A DNA stretch of 64,000 nucleotides from assembly GCA_964035545.1 (NCBI GenBank), contig CAXIUT010000230.1, positions 1,364,001 through 1,428,000 of the forward strand, in the 5' to 3' direction. The translations under genes and the position numbers were made by a program. How positions within the stretch are numbered: position 1 is the first letter of the stretch; each line of letters begins with the position of its first letter. Source of the DNA: Bugula neritina. Its lineage: Eukaryota > Animalia > Bryozoa. The notes below the pieces were generated by a model. The model saw only the letters and a list, made by a program, of their open reading frames with translations, was not told the origin of the DNA and did not search any database. Of this stretch, positions 34,248-44,784 are shown piece after piece.

Positions 34248-35003
34248 CACAGGATAGTTAAGGGCATCCTCACTAAGAATATCATAAATTTCTCTCAAAA
34301 TGTAGTTCGGGTTCTTGAATAATATTGCTCTGCGGGTGGCATGCGTGTTGCCTACTTGTAATTGTTTAGCCTAAGATTAAACTACAACCAATAAGCAGCA
34401 ACCTTCGTTAGGGCTGCGTTATCTATCAACATTCCATTATTGGTGCTACATAAACAAAGTACAAAGCAAGCTATTCATTATAGCCTGCCAGCTAGCTAGC
34501 CTGTAATTATTATGTAGGCGCCAATATCTGCTCAACCCTACGTGCTCAGTGAAGCGTGAAGCGCTGCGCGCTGCTAGTTTCTTATGAGAAAATATGGCAT
34601 TTTCAGTGTATAAATCAATAATTTATGAGCAATCTAGCAGAGTTATTGAAAAAAGAAAAAAACTTACACTGGAGAAATATCTCAGGATTCCAGCAGTGCA
34701 ATTTTTATTCAGATATCATGCTTTGCTGCTGAGATATTTTACTGGTACTGAAAAGTCATCTTTTCAGGCAAAATTGGCCAAAATTCGGTAGTTTTTTGTC
34801 TATAACTTCGCAAAAAAAATGAAAATTGAAATTTCCAAAAAACTTACACTGGAGAAAAAGAAGATCTACAACATAGTTTTTAAATTTTGACTCTAGCACA
34901 ATTAGGTGAGATTTTATTTTACTGGTACTGAATTCTTATATGATTACAATGCAAACCTCAGCAAGGCAGTTGCAGCTAAAAGGTTGCCCTTAACTATCCT
35001 GTG
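34248..35003 (+). mobile_element. 756-bp non-autonomous TIR DNA transposon (MITE), CACTA/EnSpm(CMC)-like, copy 1
   Basis: Perfect 19-bp TIR CACAGGATAGTTAAGGGCA (22/23 when extended). The 2-bp TSD is AC, shown by comparison with the empty satellite site atggaatacactgcaacacattg at about 33391-33413. No transposase ORF. The superfamily is inferred from CAC termini plus the 2-bp TSD; strand is arbitrary. Confidence 0.93.
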
Positions 35004-38000
35004 ACACATTGAAATATACTGCAACACACTGAAACATAATGTAACACAATGAAGTATACTGCGACACATTAAATTAAACTGCAACACACTGAAATATACT
35101 GCAACAGACTGAAATATACTCTAACATACCGAAATACACTGTAACATACTGAAATATACTGCAACATACTGCAACATACTGAATTACACTTGAACGTAAT
35201 GAAATGCACTGCAACACATTGAAATATACTACAACATTTCGAAATGAATGGTAAACTAGTAAAATATACTGTAACATAATGAAACATACCGGAACATACT
35301 GCAACATAATAAAATATAGTGTAACACACTGAAATATGCGGCAACATACCGAAATACATTGCAACACATTAAAATATACTGCAACATACTGAAACATACT
35401 GCAACAAACTGAAATACACTGCAACATAATGAAAAACACTATAACATATTGAAATATACTGCAACATACTGAATTACTCTCTAACATACTGAAATATGCT
35501 GTAGCATACTGAAATACACTGCAAGACACTGAAGTATACTGCAATATACTGAAATGTACTGCAACATTCTGAATTATACTGCAACATACTGCAACATACT
35601 GAAATACACTGTAACATATTGAAATACACTGCGACACATTAAAATATACTGCAACACACTGAAACATAGGGCAACATACCGAAGTATACTGCGACACGTT
35701 GAAAAATACTGCAACATACTGAAATATACTGCAAGTGGTGCAACATACTGAAATAAACTGTGACACACTGAATTCCACTGCAACATACTGCAACATACTG
35801 CAACATACTGAAATATACTGCGACACATCAAAATATACTGCAACATACTGAAATATACTGGAACATACTGCAACATACTAAAATATACTGCAACATACTG
35901 AAACATACTGCAACTTACTGAAATATACTGCAACTTACTGAAATACACTATAAAATATTGAAATATACTGCAACATACTCAATTACACTCTAATATACTG
36001 AAGTATGCTGTAGCATACTGAAATACACTGCAACGCACTGAAGTATACTGTAATACACTGAAAAGTAATGCAACATGCTAAATTATACTGCAACATACTG
36101 CAACATAGTGAAACACACTACACATACTGCAACATACTGAAATACACCGTAACATATTTAAATACACTGCGACACATTGAAATATACTGCAACATACTGA
36201 AATATACTGTAACATAAAGAAATATGCGGTAGCACACTGAAATACACTGCAACACACTGAAGTATACTATAATATACTGAAATGTACTGCAACATATCGA
36301 AATATACTGCAACGCATTGAATTACACTGTGACATATTGAAATATACCACAACATACTGAAATGTAGTGTAATATGCAGAAATGTACTGTAACATACTGA
36401 AATATACTGTAACACACTGAAATATACTCTAACATACCGAAATACACTGTAACATACTGAAATATACTGCAACATACTGCAACATACTGAATTACACTTG
36501 AACATAATGAAATACACTGCAACACATTGAAATATACTGCAACATATCGAAATGAATGGTAAACTAGTGAAATATAATGTAACATAATGAAACATACCGG
36601 AACATACTGCAAAATAACAAAACATATTGCACCACATTGAAATATACGGCAACATACCGAAATATACTGTGACACGTTGAAAAATACTGCAACATACTGA
36701 AATATATTGCAAGTGGTGCAACATACTGCAACATACTGAAATACACTGTAACATATTGAAATACTCTGCAACATACTGCAACATACTGAAATAAACTGGA
36801 ACATATTGGAATACACTGCAACACACTGAAACATACGGCAACATACTGAGATATACTGCGACGCCTTAAAATATACTGCAACATACTGAAATATAATGCA
36901 ACATACTGCAACATACTAAAATACACTGTAACATACTGAAATACATTGCAACACATTAAAATATACTGCAACATACTGAAACATACTGCAACAAACTGAA
37001 ATACACTGCAACATACTGAAAAACACTATAACATATTGAAATATACTGCAACATACTGAATTACTCTCTAACATACTGAAATATGCTGTAGCATACTGAA
37101 ATACACTGCAAGACACTGAAGTATACTGCAATATACTGAAATGTACTGCAACATTCTGAATTATACTGCAACATACTGCAACATACTGAAATACACTGTA
37201 ACATAAAGAAATATGCTGTAGCACACTGAAATACACTGCAACACACTGAAGTATACTATAATATACTGAAATGTACTGCAACATACTGAAATATACTGCA
37301 ACGCATTGAATTACACTGTGACATATTGAATTATACCACAACATACTGAAATGTAATGTAATATGCAGAAATGTACTGTAACATACTGAAATATACTGTA
37401 ACACACTGAAATATAGTCTAACATACCGAAATACACTGTAACATACTGAAATATACTGCAACATACTGCAACATACTGAACTACACTTGAACATAATGAA
37501 ATGCACTGCAACACATTGAAATATACTGCAACATATCGAAATGAATGGTCAACTAGTGAAGTATACTGTAACATAATGAAACATACCGGAACATACTGCA
37601 AAATAACAAAACATATTGCAACACATTGAAATATACGGCAACATACCAAAATATACTGTGACACGTTGAAAAATACTGCAACATACTGAAATATATTGCA
37701 AGTGGTGCAACATACTGAAATATACTGCAACACCTTGAAAAATACTGCAACATACTTAAACATACGGCAACATACTGAAATATACTGCATATACTGAAAT
37801 ACACTCTAACATATTGAAATATGCTGTAGCATACTGAAATACACTGCCACACACTGAAGTATACTGTAATATACAGAAATGTACTGTAACATACTGAAAC
37901 ATACGGCAACATACTGAAATGTACTGCAACATACTGAAATATACTGTAAGTGGTGCAACATACTGAAATACACTGTGACACACTGAATTACACTGCAACA

Positions 38001-39136
38001 CACTGCAACATACTGCAACATACTGAAATACACTGTAACATATTGAAATACACTGCAACATACTGCAACATACTGAACAACACTGGAACATATTGGAATA
38101 CACTGCAACACATTGAAATATACTGCAACACACTGAAACATACGGCAACATACTGAAATACCCTGCAACATACTGCAACATACTAAAATACACTGTAACA
38201 TACTGAAATACATTGCAACTCATTAAAATATACTGCAACATACTGAAACATACTGCAACAAACTGAAATACACTGCAACATACTGAAAACCACTATAACA
38301 TTTTGAAATATACTACAACATACTGAATTACTCTCTAACATACTGAAATATGCTGTAGCATACTGAAATACACTGCAACATACTGAATTATACTGTAACA
38401 TACTGAAATGTAATGCAACATACTGAATTATACTGCAACATACTGCAACATACTGAAATACACAGTTACATATTGAAATACACTGCGACACATTGAAATA
38501 TACTGCAACATACTGAAATATACTGCAAGATACTGCAACATACTGAAATAGACTGTGACATACTGAAATACACTGCACAATACTGCAAGAAACTGCAACA
38601 TACTGAAATACACTGTAACATATTCAAATACACTGCATCATACTGCAACATACTCACATACACTGGAACATATTCATATACACTGCAACACATTGAAATA
38701 TATTGCAACACACGGAACCATTCGGCAACATACCGAAATATACTGCGACACAGTGAAAAATACGGCAACATACTGAAATATACTGCAAATGATGCACATA
38801 CTGAAATACAATGTGACACACTGAAATACACTGCAACATACTGCAACATACTGAAATACACTGTAACATATTGAAATACACTGCATGATACTGCAACATA
38901 CTGAAATACACTGGAACATATTGATATACACTGCAACACATTGAAATATTCTGTAACATAATGAAACATACCGGAACATACTGCAACGTAATAAAATATA
39001 GTGTAACACACTGAAATATACGGCAACATACCGAAATATACTGCGACATGTTAAAAAATACTGCAACATACTGAAATATACTGCAAGTGGTGCAACATAC
39101 TGAAATACACTGTGACACCCTGAAATACACTGCAAC
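35004..39136. repeat. 10-bp satellite array (continued)
   Basis: Same decamer. Segments match earlier array at offsets 9436 (26138/35574) and 7631 (30797/38428). Confidence 0.97.
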
Positions 39137-41685
39137 CACAGCATAGTTAAGGTCATTCCCACCAAAATATCATTTTATAATCTAGGCTCAGTTCCTAGTT
39201 GCTATTGCTCTGTTGGCGGCATGCGTATTGCCTACTTGTCATAATTTAGCATGAGTTTGAACAATTGCCAACAGACCATCAAATTAGCTAGGGCTGCACC
39301 TGTTCATATTACAACCATCGCAACAATCTATTGAGCAAGTATGTGGTCATGACAAGGCTAAGCATCACCTCATTATTATTACTACAAGACACCAGTGGTT
39401 CGTTTCATGTGCAATGTACTTGATGTACAAAGGAAGATATTTTTCATAACTGCTTTTTCAACAAACAATGTAAAACTATTTCAGATTCTGGAAGCAAGCT
39501 AAATGCTAATGCTAACTCAATGTTCTTCCATTTGGCTAGCCTAGCCAATAGATTAGAATAGTAAAGAGACTTGTATATAGGTCAGATAGTCATGTGCGAG
39601 ATTTTGTTGGTAGCTGTGAAGGGCAGATATGCAGAATCTTGTGTGGCCACTTTGAGTTTAGATGGTTTGGGTAAAGGATTTGATTGCTGAAAATGTCTAA
39701 TAAAGCTAGTAGGTACTTTTGTGGTCCCATTGTACATTAGTATATAAGCAATAATCAACACTTATTGAAGTGAGTTGAAACTTGAAACTATATAAAAGGT
39801 TAGACCATGAGCCTGTGCTTTAGGTATATTCTATTTGCTCTCTGCTGTATACAGTCTAAACTTTTAAAGATCCAATCAAGCCTAAATGGCTTCTATCTAA
39901 ATGTCCAAAAATTGGCTATGAGCTGTATCTTGTTGCCTTGCACTGAGAAATGAATATGAGGCCAGCAAACACCTGGGCTCTTTTGTACTCCTGGCAACTA
40001 CTATCAATAGTTGGTTAGCATAGCTGCGGAGTGTTCACTCAAGCATGATATCATCGGCTTGTATACCAACTCAGAGCCAAGATTATCAACTATTTTATGT
40101 TTCTAAATTTAGCATCTAATAGAAAAAGCTGTGTCTAGTTAGACTGACTGACCGACACTATGCATGCTTGCCCGAGTGAAACATCCACGATGAAAAGTTT
40201 TAATCTTAGCTAGACAAGTATTGAGAATTTGAAAAGAAAACCTCCGATAAAAAGATAAAAACAGATGTCCAGTGAATTCAGTTTTGTTTCCAGACTGATA
40301 GGTGTCAGTTAATCAGCTCAGATATAACTAGCAATGCATTGTCTATTATTTTGATGCTGCAGTTATAATATTCCATAACAAGAATTGACTTGAGAATTTA
40401 GGCATATGCAACAAATCATTCAGTTTTATTCAAGTAAATACCAGATAGCCATTGCTAAAGATCACAACGAAAATCAGTTTGGATTTTCAAACATAATATA
40501 ATATATATACACGTATGATCAGGCATAGAAGTAGCAAGTTCAATGAATAATGTGAACATGCAGAAGGTGTAACAGGTGTGTACTATTGTGAAGGAATAAG
40601 TCGGGCCTTTTTATAGCAATACATCCTATAAATATATTACAAACTTGGGGGAAATAACAGGTTAGTTCCCTAATTACTTTTTTTAGCAAACATTACGATA
40701 TTAAATGTCAAAACTGACTTTGTAAAAAAGCAGAATCTATAAAAATTCAAGCTGCAAAAGCCTAACTAAAAGGCACATTGCTAGGGTAATTAGTCCTGTC
40801 AACTATTAATAATTTTAGTTTTTATATCCGTGGATAAAAGTCCTATTCTTGCAGGTAGAGTCTTGATATATAGGTGTCAATTGTAGAGTATTATGCTTTT
40901 TAAACATAAAAAGATATCGTCTTGCAAGAGTAGAAGATCAAAAAATCCTAAGAGCTGCAGCTGACATTGAAAAGATGTCCTGATTACACATACTATAGCA
41001 TTTCGTTGGCAAAACTTAATCCTCTAGTATAAGCCACTTGTTTTGGGGCATCATCTAAAAATACAAATAGCAGATTTCTCAATACATTCAAAAGTAATTT
41101 TCAACATTTGAAATTTGATTTAACATGTTCATACACCACAGCTAGTACAGGTACTATTATAGTAGTCTATATTCTGTAAAATCTACCTATACTGTAATCA
41201 GATCAAAGCTGCCTGCTGGTAACTTTATAAAAGACACAGCTCATAATTACAATTAATATGTTGAATGCTCCCTTGAAATTGTATTTTTCAAATAATTTCT
41301 CAGTAGATATGATTGCCATGACCACTACAATTTTTTTGAAACATATGCTTATAATGTATTTCAAGTTGGTCACTCACAGTAAATGTAGTTTGGTATGCAA
41401 GTAGTAGTACAATTAGAGTTACTAAACAGCAGCTCCTCAGTGCAATATTATATTTTCTATGTGCCTACTCAACTACAGAACTTTAAATATTGAAGAAAAA
41501 AATAATAGTAAATAATAAATTTGGCAATTTAGAAAAAGTTAATTACATAATGATGAAATGAACGAACAATTTAGATCTAGTTTTACAGTCTTTGTAATAG
41601 TTCTACCATTAATGAATGACTATATTACTATACATTTTATGAATATAAAACTCAATTTTGAAGTTCAGTGATACTGTGCAATACA

Positions 41686-41727
41686 AATAATAATAATAAT
41701 AATAATATAGTAATAGTAATAGTAATA
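41686..41727. repeat. Microsatellite (AAT)7 followed by (ATAGTA)3
   Basis: aataataataataataataat then atagtaatagtaatagtaata, read directly. Confidence 0.9.
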
Positions 41728-43321
41728 CGCATGCAGTATAGGCCTACCGTAATAATAATAGTACAACTATACAAATACTATAAAATTAAATATATTATTG
41801 CTTGTAAGCAATATGAAATATGCGAATTTGCTGAAGGAAGCAGTATGTACTCACTTACCCTTGAAGTTAAACATTTTAAGTTAATCAAAGTACACTCTTT
41901 CATCCTAGGTTTGAGAGGTAAAAGACGTTTTTCACTCAATTTTATAATGATAATCCCACCGCCAGTTGGCAAGTTCACTTCACAGATTGCGTTTTAACAT
42001 CGAATATTTTATTTACCGAGATAGCTTTTACTAGTAACATCTCCAATACGGCAAGATGCAGCTACTACGTATGATATTACACAGAGCGGTTTGTTTGAGG
42101 ACAGTGCACTGCAGCTGTGGCATGACTAGGGTAGGTTTTCCCCGGGTGGGGGTGGATGTGAATTATAAACGTTCTACGTGCTTTTTTGAAAGCATTATGA
42201 TATCATTTGCTTTAATCATTATTATACAAAATATAAATTATTGTTTTATAAATGATGATTTACTTGAAAAAAACAGCTATTTATTTATTTTACTATTTTG
42301 TTTTTAAAAGAAGATGATTGATAAAAATTTGAACACCCCCTTCATAATACCACAACTATACTCCACTCCTTTAGTTATAATTTAATTAGATTAGAAGTCA
42401 CATATTCAATACAAACAAGCTAGGCCTATATAGCTATTCTGATGTCTACTGCTGGAATTAGCTTGAAACTGTAGTGAAGCTCTTACTGAGCTAGTAGACT
42501 GAAAGTGCACGACATGTAGTAAGCTACCAACATTATAAATTGGTGTAAGCAGTAAAGGAAATTAGCAGTATATGTGTACAAAAACTTGTACTCAAATGCT
42601 TATAGAACCCCATAGTTATGGTTATTTGAGATTCAGTCAGGTCCAAAAGAAATTGTGAAATTAAATACCCATAGATATTACATCATGCTGAATCTGGTTA
42701 CATATTTGGCTATTAAAAGCTAATTGTAATTAAAACCATATTGCAATATAAAATAACCTGTCTAAGTTGCTCATTAGTGACAAGTAGTCTAGTTGGGCAT
42801 TTAAGTTCAAATCATGAGCTCATTTCAGCTAAAAATAGCAGCACCTTGTCATTGCCTATGAATGGCTGTGCCAGCGCCAGAGGCATTAGCAAAATGGCTT
42901 ACTGCTATTTGGGTATTGAAACTTTAGCTCCTGCTCTAGAGATTACAACTTAGAGCTAAAGTTGTTAGCTCAAAGGCTCTAACTGTTTGAGTAAGCATGA
43001 GACTAAATTATCAATTTGAATTGATACCACTAACGAGGTTTGCCAAACTTGTATTAATCTCTACATAAAAGTGTAAAGTGGGTGCGGAGGCTTAGTTTTG
43101 GCTTAGGCATAATATTTTAACAACAACAAAGTGCATACTGATGCCACAATACTGAACTTTATAACTAATGTAACCTTCTTAAAATAGATAATTAAATTGT
43201 AAAGCTTTCTCTAAGGATAGCTATAGATTATAATTATGTCATAGGGGGTTAAAAGTTGACAATTAGAAAGCTTGTTAGATGCAACTCAGGAAAGGCAGAG
43301 CAATTAATTGTATATATAGCT

Positions 43322-43336
43322 AAAAGAGATGTAAAA
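43322..43336 (-). terminator. Possible RNA polymerase III terminator (two T4 runs) just 3' of the tRNA-like sequence
   Basis: The minus strand reads ATTCTTTTACATCTCTTTTA immediately after position 43341. T4 runs are also common by chance in AT-rich DNA. Confidence 0.4.
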
Positions 43337-43340
43337 GAAT

Positions 43341-43411
43341 TGCCACTAATGGGAATCGAACCCGAGCCCCCTGACTTGCAAGCAAATGTGCTACCATCAC
43401 GCCACGGAGGC
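43341..43411 (-). pseudogene. Degenerate tRNA-like sequence (tRNA pseudogene or tRNA-derived SINE head); best anticodon register GCA (Cys), TGC (Ala) not excluded
   Basis: The minus strand reads GCCTCCGTGGCGTGATGGTAGCACATTTGCTTGCAAGTCAGGGGGCTCGGGTTCGATTCCCATTAGTGGCA (71 nt). It has an A-box-like TGGCGTGATGG and a perfect B-box GGTTCGATTCC, with cloverleaf spacing and GCC/GGC-A ends. Every stem has mismatches. Confidence 0.72.
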
Positions 43412-43929
43412 AACTTAGTAATCTAAACACTACAGGAGAATGCACGCACGCTGAGTAATTAAACTAGCTAACGGGAAGCAGAGATGAACATTCCATATAA
43501 TTATTATAAACTACGAAGCTAGTAACTACTAATAACGTACGAGTGCGTGTCTTCCAACCTCTACGCACTCACTGAAGCGAAAAGTGATGCGTAATGATGA
43601 TTATATAGAACAAAAAGATGGAATTTTCACCTTATAACTTACTAATTTATAGAAAATCTATAAAAGTTATTGGAAAGATTACAAAAATCGCGCTGCAGAA
43701 ACTTCTGAGAATTCCAACAGTGTGTTTCTTATTTAGATATCATGTTTTCCTGCTGAGATATTTTACTGGGACTGACATGATGTTTTTTTGGAAAAAAATA
43801 GGCTAAAATAGGCAGTTTTTTGCCTGTAGCTTTGCCAAAAAATAGAAAATTGAAAATTCCAAAAAAACCACGCTGAGGAAGAAAGCTATCTATAACATAG
43901 TTTTTAAATTTTGATTCTAGCCCAATTAG

Positions 43930-44685
43930 CACAGGATAGTTAAGGGCAACCTTTTAGCTGCAACTGCCTTGCTGAGGTTTGCATTGTAATCATATAAGAA
44001 TTCAGTACCAGTAAAATAAATTCTCACCTAATTGTGCTAGAGTCAAAATTTAAAAAATATGTTGTAGATCTTCTTTTTCTCCAGTGTAAGTTTTTTGGAA
44101 ATTTCAATTTTCATTTTTTTTGCGAAGTTATAGACAAAAAACTGCCGAATTTTGGCCAATTTTGCCTGAAAAGCTGACTTTTCAGTACCAGTGAAATATC
44201 TCAGCAGCAAAGCATGATATCTAAATAAAAATTGCACTGCTGGAATCCTGAGATATTTCTCCAGTGTAAGTTTTTTTCTTTTTTCAATAACTCTGCTAGA
44301 TTGCTCATAAATTGGTGATTTATACACCGAAAATGCCATATTTTCTCATAAGAAACTAGCAGCGCGCAGCACTTCACGCTTCACTGAGCACGTAGGGATG
44401 AGAAGATATTGGCGCCTACATAATAATTACAGGCTAGCTAGCTGGCAGGCTATAATGAATAGCTTGCTTTGTACTTTGTTTATGTAGCACCAATAATGGA
44501 ATGTTGATAGATAACGCAGCCCTAACGAAGGTTGCTGCTTATTGGTTGTAGCTTAATCTTAGGCTAAACAATTACAAGTAGGCAACACGCATGCCACCCG
44601 CAGAGCAATATTATTCAAGAACCCGAACTACATTTTGTGAGAAATTTATGATATTCTTAGTGAGGATGCCCTTAACTATCCTGTG
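43930..44685 (-). mobile_element. 756-bp MITE, copy 2, nested in inverted orientation in the right end of the 5.6-kb element
   Basis: Same TIRs as copy 1. TSD is AG (cccaattAG...AGgtgatg). About 14 substitutions relative to copy 1 by manual comparison, with no length difference. Confidence 0.93.
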
Positions 44686-44784
44686 AGGTGATGATTTATT
44701 TTACTGGGACTGAATTCATATATAAGTACAATGCATCATCAGCATAGCAGCTAGAAGAAAAATGTTGCCCTTATCTATCCTGTG

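Larger units (their letters stand above)
39137..44784 (+). mobile_element. 5648-bp TIR DNA transposon (about 4890 bp without the nested MITE), apparently non-autonomous, related to the 756-bp MITE
   Basis: Left TIR CACAGCATAGTTAAGGTCA matches the right TIR (reverse complement CACAGGATAGATAAGGGCA) at 16/19. TSD is AC; the empty site ctgcaacataatgcaacatactgtacc occurs at about 31499. The first ~160 bp and the right end from about 43555 align by eye to the MITE ends. The interior is AT-rich with no ORF longer than 109 aa. Confidence 0.88.

Noticed and set aside
34248-34270. CACAG terminus resembling the RSS heptamer or Transib/RAG transposon ends
   Set aside because: Transib and RAG transposons make 5-bp TSDs. 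All four independent junctions here show 2-bp TSDs, and there is no CACAGTG heptamer with a nonamer.
34594-34791. MITE ORF MAFSVYKS... (65 aa; 98 aa at 44043-44339) and its homolog at 43618-43806
   Set aside because: Short, variable in length between copies, and overlapping the subterminal DNA repeats (hence KKLTLEK twice). No transposase motif; the similarity is explained at the DNA level.
41668-42953. ORFs 41668-41997, 42056-42307 and 42741-42953 as genes
   Set aside because: Short and low in complexity; the first runs through a microsatellite and two start at GTG or TTG. No recognisable domain.
43341-43411. Functional tRNA-Cys or tRNA-Ala gene
   Set aside because: Mismatches in the acceptor, D, anticodon and T stems; reported as tRNA-like instead.
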